64,000 bases of DNA from the human T2T-CHM13v2.0 reference genome, Homo sapiens. Where the stretch lies: NCBI RefSeq assembly GCF_009914755.1, contig NC_060947.1. One strand, written 5' to 3'. The notes beneath the pieces were generated by a model, which searched no databases, was not told the origin of the DNA, and was given only the letters and a program-made list of their open reading frames with translations. The position numbers and the translations under genes were made by a program. This document shows positions 1-15,554 of the stretch, piece by piece (position 1 is the stretch's first letter; the number at the start of each line of letters is the position of its first letter).

Positions 1-170
1 AGTGGGAGGAAGAGAGAAAGTGGTGGGGGGACATGCCACACTCTTTTAAACGACCAACTCTTGCAATGAATTCAGAGGGAGAACTCACTCATTACTATGA
101 GAGTGGTACCAAGCCACCCATGAAGGACCTGCCCCCATGATGAAAACACCTCCCACCAGGCCCTACCAAA
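1..170 (-). mobile_element. MaLR LTR fragment (MSTB-like), cut by window start
   Basis: 'gagaactcactcattactatgagagtggtaccaagcc...catgaaggacctgcccccatga...aacacctcccaccaggccc' resembles MST LTRs and the copy at 40024-40457. Confidence 0.65.
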
Positions 171-187
171 ACTTGTTTGCTCTTTGC

Positions 188-2151
188 TTTGTTTGCTTAT
201 AATAGTCATTCCAGTGGCTGTGAAGCGGTATCTTACGGTGATATTTTTCGATTTTAAAAATGGATTTAGAGGGTACAAGTGCAGATTTCTTACATGCATA
301 TATCGCATCGTGGTGGAGTCTGGGCTTTTAGTGTACCCATCACCTGAAGAGGGAACATTGTACCCAAGAGGTAATTTTTCAACCCTTGTCAACTTCCCAC
401 CCTTTTGTAGTCTCCAATATCTATTATGCTACTCTATATGTCCATGTGTACCCATTGTTAAGCTCTCACTTACAAGTGAGAATATGTGATATTTGACTTT
501 CTGTTTCTGAATTATTTTACTTAAGATAACGTACTCCAGTTCCACTCATGTTACTGCAAAACACACGACTTCATTATTTTTTTATGGCTGCATAGTATTC
601 CACGTATATGTAAAATGCAGATGGGTAGATACCCAGTAGTGAGATTGCTGGATCAAATGGTATTTCATTTTTTACCATGTTTAGTTCTTTGAGAAATCTA
701 TTTTTAGTTCTTTGAGAAATCTCCATACTGTTTTCCATAAATGTGATAATTTACATTCCCACTAACAGTGCATAAGCATTACTTTTTTCTCCACATCCTC
801 ACCAACATCTGTTGTTTTTTGATTTTTAAATAATAGCTATTCTGACTGGTGTAAGATAGTATTGTTTGGTTTTAATTTGCATTTCTCTGATAATTAGTGA
901 TATTGAGCATCTTTCATATGTTTGTTGGCCACTTGTATGTCTTTCAAAAAACACCCATTCATGCCCTTTGCCTACTTTTTAATGGCGTTACTTGTTTTTT
1001 GTTTTTGTTTTTGTCGTTGTTGTTGTTGTTGAGTTGTTGGAGTTTCTTGTAGATTCTGGATATTAGCCTTTGTTAGATACATAATTTGCAAATATTTTTT
1101 CTCATTAGGTAGGTTTACTCTGTTGATTGTTTCTTTTGCTGTGTGGAAGGTTTTTAGCTTAACTGAGTCCCGTCTGTTTATTTTTGTTTGTGTTGCATTT
1201 GCTTTTGAGGACCTGGTCAAAAATTCTTTGCCTAAGCCAGGCCAATGTCCAGAAGAATTTTTCCTACATTTTCTCACAGGATTTTTACAGTTTCATGTCT
1301 AAAGTATAAATCTTTAATCCATCTCGAGTTAATTCATGTATATGGTGAGAGACAGGGGTCCAGTTTCATTCTTCCGCATATGGCTAGCCAGTTTTCCTAG
1401 CACCGTATATTGAAGAGGGTGTTCTTTCTCTATTGTTTAATTTTGTCAATATTGCAGAAGATCAGTTGTTAATAGGTACTTTATTTCTGGGTTCACTATT
1501 CTGTTCCGTTGGTCTATATGTCTATTTTTATACCAATATCATGACGTTTTGGTTACTATAGCCTTGTAGTATAATTCAAAGTCAGAATGTAATACTTCAA
1601 GCTTTGTTCTTTTTGCTTAGGATTGGTTTGGCTATTCAGACTCTTCTTTCGGTTTCATATGAATTTTAAGTTTTTTTAATTATGTGAAAAATTGTGTTGG
1701 TAATTTGATAGAGACTGCACTGAATCTGTAAATTGCTTTGAGCAGTGTGGTCATTTTTAATAATATTGGTTCTTTTGATCCATGAGCATGGGATGTGTTT
1801 TCATTTATTTGTGTCATACACAATTTTTTCATCAGTGTTTTGTAGTTCCTCTTGTAGAGATCTTTCACCTCCTTGATTAAATGTATTCCTAGGTGTTTTA
1901 TTTTTTGTGGCTATTGTAAATGGGTTCTTCATTTGGTTCTTAGCTTGAATGATATTGGTGTAGAGAAATGCTACTGTGTTTTGTACATTGATTTTGTATC
2001 CTGAAACTTTACTGAAGTTCTTTATCAAGTCTAGGAGTCTTCTGGAAGAGTCTTTTGGAGTTTTATTGTACATTATTTGGGGTTTTCAACATAATGGGGT
2101 ATATTTTTCTCCTTTATAATATGTATGCCTTTCATTTCTCTCTCTCTCTCC

Positions 2152-2184
<33 letters not shown>

Positions 2185-2990
2185 CGCGTGTGCGTGTGTG
2201 TGTGCATGTGTTATCGCACTAGCTGGGACTTCCAGGACTAACAGTGAATAGTAGTGGTGAGAAAGGACATCCTTGACTTATTTCTGATTTTAGGGGAAAA
2301 TTACTCAGTGGTTCACTGTAGGTTTTCCATGGATAGCCTTTATTAGAATAAGGAAATTTCCTTCTATTCCTAACTTGTTGGGAATTTTATCATTAATTAA
2401 TATTGAATTTTGTTGAATGCCTTTTCTGCATTTATTTATATGATCATTCGATGTTGCGTATTTAGTATGACAATATGATAAAATACATTGATTGATTTTT
2501 GAATGTTGAACCAACTTTGAATACCTGGGATAAACTCCACTTGATCTTGATGCATTATCTTTTTTATACATTGCTAGAGTTGATTGGCTAATATCTTAGT
2601 AAGAATATTTGTACCTATGTTTATGTGAGATATTGCTATTTTGTTTTTTGCTCGTAATATCTCTGTCTGAGTTTGGTATTAGGATGATGCTATCCTCATA
2701 ATATGAGTGGGGTCATTTTCTCTCCTTAATTTTCTGAAAGAGACTGTAAAATTTGTATTACATCTTACTTAAATGTTTGATAGAATTCATGAGTGAAATT
2801 GCCTGGCCCGGAGTTCTCTTTCTTGAAAAGTTTTAAATTACAGATTCAGTTTCTTTAATGCATGCCAGGCTATTCAGATTATCTACTTTTCTTTGAATTA
2901 GTTTGTTTTTTTTTACCATGTGGGTTTAAGAAATTGGTTCATATAAGTTATCAAATATATAGGCATAGATTGATTGTAGTATTCCCCCTC
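188..2990 (-). mobile_element. Nested degenerate L1 fragments (L1PB/L1MA-like 3'UTR and ORF2, then older L1M)
   Basis: Minus-strand ORF2-like peptides (972..1277, 1680..1868, 1801..2073); (CT)n(GT)n microsatellite at ~2138-2210. Confidence 0.75.
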
Positions 2991-3426
2991 TTATTCTTTT
3001 AGTGAGAACATTCAAAATCATCTCTTCTAGCTATTTTGAACTATACAACATATTATCGTCGACTATTGTCACCCTATTGTGCAATAGAACACCAGAACTT
3101 AATCCTCCTATCTAACCATAACTGTAACTTTGTACCCAGTGACCAACCTCTTCCCATCTCTCCTTCCCTCCTCGCCTCCCCTGCCTCTGGTAACCACTGT
3201 TCTACTCTCTACCTCTATAACATCAACTTTTAAATTTATATTTATCTTATTTTTATTTATTATTTTTGTGGTTACATAGTAGGTGTATATATTTATGGGT
3301 TAGATGAGATGTTCTAATATAGGTATGCAGTACATAATCACATCAGGGTAAAAATGGAGTATCCATCTCCTCAAGCATTTATCTTTGTATTACAAACAAC
3401 CAAATTATACTCTTTTGGTTATTTTA

Positions 3427-5243
<1,817 letters not shown>

Positions 5244-5246
5244 TTA

Positions 5247-8200
5247 AAAGTATGATTAAATTATTTTTTTACTACAGTCTCCCTGTTGTGCTAGCAAATA
5301 CTAGGCTTTATTCATTCTTTCTAACTATTTTTTGTACCCACTAACCTTCCCCACTTCCTCCTCACCCTCCCACTAACCTTCCCAGCCTCCCTTCTACTCT
5401 CTATCTTCATTTCAATTATTTAATTTTTAGCTCACACAAATAAGTGAGCACATGCAAAGTTTGTCTTTCTGTGCCTGGCTTATTTCACCTAATGTAATGT
5501 CCTACAGGCTTATCCATGTTGTCACACATGACAGGATCTCATTATTGGTTATGGCTGAATAGTACTCCATTGTGAATATGCACCACATTTTCTTTATCCA
5601 TTCATCTGTTGATGGACACTTATGTTGATTCCATATCTTGGCTATTGTGAATAGTGCTGCAATAAACATGGGTGTGTTAGTCAAGGTTCTCCAGAGAGAC
5701 AGAACCAATAGGATATATGAGAGAGGATTTATGAGGTGTAGTTGGTTCAGATGATTATAGAGATGGAGAAGTCCCACAATAGGCCATCTGCAAGCTGCAG
5801 AACCGAAGAAGCTGGTAGCACGATTCACTCCAAGTCTGGAAGCCTCAGAACTAGGGAAGCTGAGAGTACAGACCCCAGTCTGAGGCCAAAGGCCTAAGAG
5901 CCCACTGGAGGCTGTGGATGCAAGTCCCAGAGTCCAAAAGTGGAAGAAACTGGAGTCTGATGTCCAAGGACAGGAGGAGGAAAGAAATCTGGCTGCAGAA
6001 GGGAGATAGGATGAGCAGAGAGAGAGAATTCCTCCTCTTCTGTCTATTTGTCCCAACCAGGCTCCCAGCTAACAGGACAGTGCACGCCCGCATTGAAAGT
6101 GGATCTTACCTGTTGCAGTCCACTGTCTCACACACCAAGCTCCCCTGGAAACACTCTCACCGACACACCCAGGGAACAATGTTTCAACAGCCGTCTTGGC
6201 ATCCCTCAATCCAGTCAAGCTGACTCGTAAATTGAACCATCACAATGAGAGTGCAGGTATCTCTCCAACATACTGATTTCATTTCCTTTTAAAATACCCA
6301 GTAGTGAGTTCTTTGGATCATATGCTAGTTCTATTTTTAATTTTTTGAGGAACCTCAGTACTGTTGTCCATATTGCCTGTACTAGTTTACATTCCCATCA
6401 ACAATGTATAAGATTTCCCCTTTCTACACATCTTCACCAGCATTTGTTGTTTCTTTAACATAAAGAGTGTAAAATCACTTTATTAGAAAGTTTAACTAAT
6501 CAGTCACAAATGAACAGCATTTTTGAGCACTAAACAGAGGATTAAAATAATTTCCAAACACTAGAGAAAATTATTGAAAATTCTAATATTTTAGGCTTAA
6601 AATATCATTACCCTCATGAAAGCAAAAATCCTATAGATGATATTTTCTAATATATATATATATTCTAAGTACTATGAAATTATAATAGAAATCATCAATT
6701 AAAGTGTAACAAGTAATATCTAACCACGGGCAAATTTCTTTTAAGATCACTTTATTATATTTTATGTTATTAAATTAAATTTTGATTTTTTTAATTATTA
6801 TGGGTAAATAATAGTTGTATATATTTATGGAGTGCATGTGATGTTTTGATACAGGCATACAATATGTAATGATCAAATCAGGATAATTGAGGTATCTATC
6901 ATTTCAAGCCTTTATTATTTCTTTGTGTTAGGAACACTCCAGTTCTACTCTCTTAGTTATTTTTAAATATACAATAAGTTATTGTTAACTATAGTTGCCT
7001 TATTGTGCTGCCAAATACTAGATCTTATTCATTCTCTCTGTGTTTGTACATACTAACCATCCTTACTTTCAGCCTATTTTTTGTCTTTTTAATGATAGCC
7101 ATTGTAACTGGGGTGAGGTGATATTGTGGTTTTGATTTGCATTTCCCTAATGATTAGTGATGTGGAGCATTTAAAAATATACCCATTTGCCATTTGTCTG
7201 CCTTCTTTGGAGAAATATCTATTCAGAACTTTTGTCCATTTTTAAGGGAATATGTCTTTTTTGGTTATTGAGTTTGAGTTCCTTATATACTCCGGGTATT
7301 AATCTCTTGTAGATGCATAGTTTGCAAACATTTTCTCACATTCTGTGAGTTATCTCTTCACTCCGTTGATTGACTGTTTCTTAGAAATTTTCAAATTACG
7401 ATACATTGTTATTAACTATAGTCATCACATGGAAAAATAGATCACTTGAACTTATTTCTCTGATCTAAAATTATGTATCCTCTGAGCAACATATCCCCAA
7501 CCACCCAACCACTACTCCACAACCCACCAGCCTCTAGTACCCACCATTCTGCTCTCTATTTCTATGATATCAACTTTTTTTTTACATTACACATATGAGT
7601 GAGATCATGCAGTATTGATATTTCTGTGCCTGGCTTATTTTCACTTAATGTTCTCCAGGTTCATCCATGTTGTCACAAATGACAGGACTTTCTTCTTTTT
7701 CAAGGATGAATAGTATTCCACTTTTTATGCATACCACATTTTCTCTATATACACTCCCATGTATTCTGCCTAGATTGATTTTATATCTTGGCTATTGTGA
7801 ATATTTCTGCAAAGAACATGGAAGATATCTCTCGGACATACTGATTTCATTTCCTTTGGGTATATACCCAGTGGTGAGATTGCTGGATGATGTAGTAGTT
7901 CTACTTTTAGCTTTTTTTAGAAACCTCCGTATTGTTTTCCATAATGGCTGCACTAATTCACATTCCCACCAACAGTGTGCAAGGGTTCACTTATCTCCAC
8001 ATCCTCATCAACATTGTTATCTTTTGTCTTTTTAATAATAGCCATCCTAAGGAGTATGAGATGATATCCCGTGGTGGTTTTAATTTGAATTTATCTGATT
8101 ACTAGTGATGTTGAGCACTTTTTCATATACCTCTTGGCCATTTGTATGTCTTCTTTTGAGAAATGTCTATCCAGATCCTTTGCCCATTTTTAAATCAGGT

Positions 8201-8880
8201 TATTTGTTTTCTTACTATTGAGTTGTTTGAGTTCCTCAAATATTTTAGATATTAACCCCTTATCAGATGTATAGTTTGCAAATACTTTCTCCCATTCTGC
8301 AGGTTGTCTCTTCATTCTTTTGTTTCCTTTGCTGTGCAGAAGCTTTTCAGTTTGATGCAATTTCATTTACCTAGTTTTTCTTCCGTTGCTTATACTTTTG
8401 GATCATATCCAAAAGGTAATTGTATAGACCAATATCATAGAGTTATACCATGTGTTTTCTTCTAGTAGATTTACGGTGTCAGGTCTTACATGTAAGCGTT
8501 TAATCCATTTCTAGTTGATTTTTGTATATGTTGTAAGAAAAGGGTCTAATTTCATTCTTCTGCATGTGGACATCCAGTTTCCCCAGCACCGTTTATTGAA
8601 TGTATAAGAGTTCTTTTCTCTCCACATACTTGCCAACGTCTGTCATTTTTGGTCTTTGTAATAACAGCCATTCTACAATGGCCATATTCCCATACTGTGG
8701 GTTGTTTCTTCACTCTGTTGATTGTTTCCCTTGCCTCACAGAAACTCTTTAGTTTAATCCAGTCTCATTTGTCTATTTCTGGGTTTTGTTTCCTGTGCTT
8801 TTGGGGAATAAAATCTTTTCCCAGAGCATTATCCTGGAGAGTCATCCCGAGGTTTTCTTCTAGCATTTTTATAATTTCTA
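5247..8880 (-). mobile_element. Stack of old L1MA 3'-end fragments, interrupted by an MLT2 LTR
   Basis: Repeated L1 3' motifs (gtgcctggcttatttcac, cccagtagtg, ttctcccattctg). Confidence 0.7.
5672..6244 (-). mobile_element. MLT2 (ERV-L) solo LTR
   Basis: Starts 'tgtgttagtcaaggttctccagagagacagaaccaatagg', ends 'aaccatcaca'; imperfect 5-bp TSD ATGGG/ATGAG. Confidence 0.8.
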
Positions 8881-9751
8881 TAGCTCCTCCAAGGTCACAC
8901 ACCTGAACTGAGATTGTAATGGTGATCTAACTGAAAGCCTATTTATCTACCTATCTGAAAGCCCACCAGCTTTCACTTACACCACAATACACAAATCCAT
9001 CAAATGCATCGTCTGCTCAATTATGGAGCTCTCTTGGGAAATACTTGTCTGTCAACTAAGAAGAAGGATAACTTTGTTAAATCTTCCTAGCTTTTCTTGT
9101 CAGATAAATGCCTGCTTTATTTGCTCTCCCCTACTCCCACGTCTCTCTTGCTTCATATCAAAGCAGGAAAAAAAGGAAAAACTGCACAATAATATGATGG
9201 CATCACTTTGTGCCAAAGTCCAGAAATAGTCTTATTCTAATCCAAAGTATTGCACAACCATTTTGCTTATGTGTAATAGACTTTTCCTGCTACTTTCTCT
9301 GTTGGCTTTAGAAAACACCACCATCTAATATAAATAGTGAATACCAAATTCCATGTAAGCTTGGACAAATCACAAGGTCTTATCATTATTTTCCTTATCT
9401 ATAAAGTAAGACAATAACAGCTGTACTACTTACCTCACGTGGTTATCATGCAGAGGGTCAATCAGATAGTGTATATGGAAACATTTCTAAACTGCAAATC
9501 TCAGTTTGAAGTCAAAAGATTGTAAGTGTGATCTGTAAAAATGTTGCTCTCATGAACAAGCGTACACAGGAATTACGATCATTTTTCTGTTCTCTGGTAT
9601 AAACAATGAGTTAAAGAATTAAGGACACCTGATTTCAAAACCTCTCTGCTACGTATGAACTCTGTGGCAGGTCTCTAAGTTTCAGTTGCCTTAAATGTAA
9701 GAGGAGGTTAATAACACCTTTCCTTCTGGGATGATGAAATAAGTAAATTAA

Positions 9752-10244
<493 letters not shown>

Positions 10245-10399
10245 ATTTTTGCATTTGATTCTTGCAGTAGCCCTGTGAGATCAGCTAAGCAGATGTTATT
10301 ATGCTCATTTTATATGCAACAAAACTAAGAATGTTGGCTCTGATTGTGCCATGTACTATCTAACACTAAGGAATATTGCCTGAGATATCCAAAAATGGC

Positions 10400-11620
10400 A
10401 CCATTGGATGTTAATTTATCTTTGGAAAGAATATCTTTGGCAGTATCTAGTAAATCTGAGCATACACATACCTTATGATCCATAAGTTCCATTCTTAAGT
10501 TTATTTCAAACAGGAGTGAATATATTTGTTCACCAAAAGACATGTAATAGAATGTTCATAACAGCACTGTTTGTAGTAGTTCCAAACCGGAAATTACTCA
10601 TATGTCCATCAACAGTAGAATGGATAAACTGTGGTGTGATCACGCACTCAACTTCCATATAGCACCAATAAACTATTGCTAAGCAATGATGAAACTCCTA
10701 AACATAATATTAAATGAAAGAAGCCAGACACAAAATGAATACATATTGTGATTGCAATTATATAAAGTTTTATATAAACAGGCAAAACTAATCTTTGGTG
10801 ATAGAAGTCAGGATGGTAGTTACCCGTGGGTTGGGGGATGGGCGTTACTGGAAAGGGGCATAAGGGAGGGTTCTGGGGTTCTGGTAATGATCTGTTTATT
10901 GACCTGGGTGCTAGTGATATGGATGCGATTACATCATGAAAATTCATCAAGCTTACGATTTGTGTACTTTTTCCGTAATGTATAGTATACTTCAGTAAAA
11001 AGTTAATTTGCCTTAGGCAAAACAGAAACCCATTATCTTAGGCAAGGTTTTTCAGTGGCTTCCCATGGTACTCAGAATAAAATCCAAAGTCCTTACCATG
11101 GCCTGCATGGCAATATATACATGATCTAGCCCCTGACTACCTCCTCCACGTAATTTCTCCCACCATTATTCCCCTTGCTTACTCAGCTCCAGCCACGTGA
11201 CCTTCTTACTGGTCGGCAAACAGAATAAAACTCCATTCCACTCCAAGGCTGTGTTTTTGCTTTTCCCTTTGCCTGGAATGCTCTCCCCTCAGCTTGTTAC
11301 ATTGTTGGTCTCGTATCATACAGGTAACAGCTCAAATGTCGCTTCTTCAAAAAGTCCTTCACTTAACACTCCATGTGAAATAGATTTCCCAGTCGCTCTT
11401 TATTATATAACACTATTATTTTTTCATAGCATTTATAGCTAGCTGAAATTACTTTGTTTATGTATTTATTACTTGTTTATCATCTATCTTCCTCAATAGA
11501 AGGTAAACTCTGTCCAAAGACTGAGGTCGTGTCTGCTGTATTCGTCCTTGTATCTTTAATGCCTGACGCACTGCCTAGCATGTAGCTGGTGCGCATATAA
11601 ATGTTAGGGTTGAACGAATG
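10400..11620. mobile_element. Old L1M 3' fragment (~10400-11000) followed by an L2 fragment (~11030-11620)
   Basis: L1 3' motifs; L2 motifs 'aataaaatccaaagtccttaccatggcct', 'ttgcctggaatgctctccc'. Confidence 0.6.
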
Positions 11621-11883
11621 ATTGAAGATCCCTGGGTGAATGGTCCACTAGGCTATAGCTGGGATTCCTCCCACAAAGGGAGACACTTAAGTTGTAAGTC
11701 ATCCTGTTAAAAGGAAAGCTTTGTTAGTACAACCTCTCTTGTCCACCCCACCTCAGCTTGGTGAGGAGAAAGCTCAGCGCTTTCCCCAGTGCTTCCATGA
11801 CCTTTGGCCAGTAAAGACTTAAAATATCATATCATAAGATGAGAGAAACCAGTTGGAACTTAACTTCTATCCCGTATCCTTAG

Positions 11884-12019
11884 ATTATTCAAAGAAAAAC
11901 AAAACACGGTCAACAGGCAGTGGAACTCCTCACTCCAATGTGATATTCCTGAGAGAATATTGACTTATCGTCACTTCGTCTCTGGGACAAGTATTGAACA
12001 TAGGGGAAGCCTTATATAA
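11884..12019 (+). pseudogene. TMLHEP1: TMLHE alternative terminal exon (TMLH-b type) encoding LFKEKQNTVNRQWNSSLQCDIPERILTYRHFVSGTSIEHRGSLI*
   Basis: Acceptor 'cccgtatccttag|A' in the same phase as exon 7; open 44 codons then TAA; AATAAA at 12028-12033; peptide matches my recollection of the short TMLHE isoform C-terminus. This would be TMLHE itself if the window is the other arm. Confidence 0.7.
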
Positions 12020-12088
12020 AATTGTTCAATAAACAAAAGATGTCTTTAACATGTGTTTGAGATCTTTCTTCTCATGATTCCATGTTAG

Positions 12089-12227
12089 GTACAACAACTA
12101 TGACCGGGCTGTCATCAATACCGTTCCTTATGATGTCGTCCATCGCTGGTATACAGCACACCGGACTCTAACGATAGAGTTGAGGAGACCTGAGAATGAG
12201 TTTTGGGTCAAACTAAAGCCTGGCAGG
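12089..12227 (+). pseudogene. TMLHEP1: TMLHE (trimethyllysine dioxygenase) exon 7 copy: (R)YNNYDRAVINTVPYDVVHRWYTAHRTLTIELRRPENEFWVKLKPGR
   Basis: ag|G...AGG|gtgggt boundaries, 139 nt, open frame matching TMLHE; no upstream TMLHE exon recognised in the window. Confidence 0.85.
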
Positions 12228-12917
12228 GTGGGTCCTAATCTCTAAAGATGTCAAGCAAGCTTGTAATACTGAAGCAGTGAAGAACGGGTACTTACTTAAT
12301 ATGTGAGTCACGATGTTGCAAAGGAAAAAGAGAAAAGAGTCCTTGGTTTTGTTTATGGTCCTGCCGCCCACTCACTGAATGCTCTGGAAGCAAGCCTCAT
12401 CCCATCTCTAAGGCATCAGTGACTCTATTTGTATGATGAAGGGGTTTAACTAGATGACCCCCAAGGGTCCTTCCAGCTTCATGATTCCATAGTTTTTATT
12501 TTTGGTATTTCCTCTGGATGAAAAATACCTTCAGCTTAGCATAAAATGTCATGAGATAATTTAACCCTTTGAGAAAGGGTAGAATAAGAATTAAAGAAAA
12601 AGAAAAAGAAACAAACCAATTATCTGATTTACTTTGATAAGAGAACAATTACTTGAGAAACAGAAGCTCCTCCAGTGCAGGGCCCATTACCTACTGTTGC
12701 CTCTGTAACTTCCATTTAGCCTACTACAGGGCTATACACATCTTAGTTTCCAAAAGTTTGTTTAATTTCAAAAGAAAAATATCTCATTTAATGCAACCAG
12801 AAAACAACCTAAAGGTTATCTTTTAAATGATCTCTTCTGACTTAGGGTTCCTTTGGTCTGTCCTTCTTCTGACAGTGTTTTCTCTCTGTTTTTTTTTTTT
12901 TTTTGGCCCATTCACAG

Positions 12918-13049
12918 GTCCTATTTATAGACAACTGGCGTGTCCTACATGGCAGGGAATGCTTCACTGGCTACCGCCAACTGTGTGGCTGCTATTTAAC
13001 AAGAGATGATGTATTAAACACTGCTCGCCTCTTGGGGCTTCAGGCTTAA
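12918..13049 (+). pseudogene. TMLHEP1: TMLHE exon 8 coding part: VLFIDNWRVLHGRECFTGYRQLCGCYLTRDDVLNTARLLGLQA*
   Basis: Poly-T tract plus 'cacag|GTC'; DNWRVLHGR motif of the BBOX/TMLH 2-oxoglutarate dioxygenase family; stop TAA at 13047-13049. Confidence 0.88.
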
Positions 13050-13454
13050 AATTGACAGCATCTGGATTATGAATACACCTGGCACCCTGGCTACCAGAAT
13101 TTCATATGGGCAGAATAATATTGTGTCAAACTCTACTTCAGATTGTCTCCTTATCCCATCCCACAAAACAGAATCTGTCCGTTTCTCTAGTAAGGGAGAC
13201 TTGTTGGAGAGGCGGGACTCTGAGTTATCTAATGTCAGACATCTAGTGGGGCAGCTCTCTTCCTCATGTTATAACATGGATCCACTTGTTTTATTTAAAC
13301 CTTTTAATATAATTTTGGTCAGTCTCCTTCAGAAATATAATCTCCATATTGATAGGAAAGCAATAATTGCCATGAGGTAACGATTTTTTTCCCAAGTAGA
13401 TCAGTTAGAAAGAAATGCATTCTAGAAATAACAAAAATCCTGATAAAGCAACAA

Positions 13455-13915
13455 TTTGCAAAATGTTTGGTCTTAGGACACCTTAACACTCTTAAAAGTT
13501 ATTGAAGGCCCCAAGGAGTTCTTGGGTGTGGGTTCTATCTATTGATACTAATTATTTTAGGTATTAAGACTGAGAAATATTTAAAGCTCAAGAAGAACAC
13601 AGAAGCACACATCCCTCAGCTATGAGAGAGATGACATAACCATATGTCATGTAGCCTCTGGAAAAGTCCTCTGTATCCTCATGAGATAACGAGAGGGGGA
13701 AAAAAAGCTACTACTGCCTTTGTAACTTCCACTTAGCCTACTACAGGGCTATGCACATCTTAGTTTCCAAAAGTCTGCTTAATTTCAAAAGAAAAATGCC
13801 TAATTGAATGTAACTCATCTTGGTGTTATTATACAAAATAATTTTTAATCTGCAGACCCACGAAAAGGGTCTCAGGGACTCCTCCAGGGGTCTTCAGACC
13901 ATACTTTGAGAACCC
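13455..13915 (-). mobile_element. hAT-Charlie-type non-autonomous DNA transposon fossil in the TMLHE 3'UTR
   Basis: Reverse strand begins 'gttctcaaagtatggtctgaagacccctggaggagtccctgagaccc' and ends '...cctaagaccaaacattttgcaaa'. Confidence 0.65.
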
Positions 13916-15548
13916 ATGGGCTAGCGACTACCTTGAGACAGTCCTTTACCTAGGCCTGTGGATTAAAGGGTTTAGCTGAAACCCTAGATTCTTCTCTGTA
14001 GTCTAATAGAACTCCAAACATTGTAAGAATTGCTTGGTAGCATAAGCTCAGGGATAAGGTGGGAATTGAGTTCAAATATAGTGTTTTATCTTCCACACAA
14101 ATCATCTCTATAGGAGTTAAATTAGGAAGTCACAACAGCGCCTGTTGAACAAACTCATCAGTGTGGTAATCCTATGAGGGATAATTGCAGAAAGGTTTTA
14201 GAGACTTGTGAGGTTCCATATGATAATTCTTTACACCTCCCCCCCCCAAGAGAAAGTACACAGGGCTATTCTGTAATATTGTTCAGGGAAATCAGCATGA
14301 TAGATGCTGTGCCTCCAGAGAGTTCTCTGGAGATTACTACCCAAATGTGTATTTTGGCAATTTGGTGGTATTTAGGATGTAATATGTTTTCCTCCATTTC
14401 TGCTAATTTTCTCTCTCTCTCTCTCATAACATACTATACATGCTAATTGCCAAGATTTGAATGAGTCAAATTTAGTAGCTTGCTGCTTTTATTTTTTAAA
14501 TGGCTTCTTTTACGTATTGGCGGGGGCGGGGGGGGGGGGGCAGGGTATGAGGCTTCTTTTCCCTCAGCTTTCATTGAAAGTGAAGCTGTACAATAACCAC
14601 ATTGACCACTGTAGAATGATGAAAGAGAATATAGGCTAGGATGCACACAAGAGGGGGGAAAAGGCATTATTAGTGAAGATAGGAGTTACAAAGCAAAGCA
14701 AAGTCAGTATTCAGATAGAGAATAGAGCCTAATCTGATGTTTGCAGGGAGTTCCTAGATCACATTTGGCAATTTACACATTATTTTATTGACCTATCCAG
14801 TGCTCCAAAATGTGTTCCAAAATATTTTGGCATTTTATTTGTACTATATAGGAATCTTTAGGGGAGTCCCTGAAATTTGTTTTCCTCTTAGGTCAAAGGA
14901 CTGATAATTAACTTTGGTTCTTAAGGAGTATGCCCTTTAGCAATAAGAACAGCAATAACATTTTACCCTGCAGTTTTTTCTCTATACCTACTATTATGCA
15001 CTCCTAAAATATGTCATCATTAGTCTTCATGAGGATGTTTACCATTTCTGAAGTTTTGCGTAAATTAGCCTTGAAGATTACACTATAACTGAGGTCATCA
15101 GCATTGACTTATGGCCAGCAAAGGACATGCTCATGGCCCTGGAGAGATGAGGACACAAAACAAATCAATTTCCCCACTTACTGAAGGACTCCCCTTACCT
15201 TCTGTCTCTCCTGAGACCTTGACTCATTAATTATTTTACTCTCCTTTTTGGAAATTTGCAACCGGTCCTTCTCAACAATGTGCTCCCTTTAGTACACTGA
15301 AGAAAAAGAGAAGGGAATTATTTGAGTCCTGATCACGATGCATTGAAAACTTCCTATGTGAGATGTTTCTGTTTTTATATCTCTTCCAGGTGTCCCTGAG
15401 TATATAAGCATGGGTCTATGTCTACCAAGCTCACTGTAGAGTCACTTTTACCTTTTGCTATGGTGGAATGGGATCTGTAGGGTCAGGAACACAGCACCTA
15501 ACACAGTGCCTTATGGATAGTAGTTTTATAATACAGATGTGTTGGAAG

Positions 15549-15554
15549 AATAAA
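15549..15554 (+). terminator. Candidate distal polyA signal of the long TMLHE 3'UTR
   Basis: AATAAA ~2.5 kb after the exon 8 stop, followed by a T/GT-rich stretch. Confidence 0.45.
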
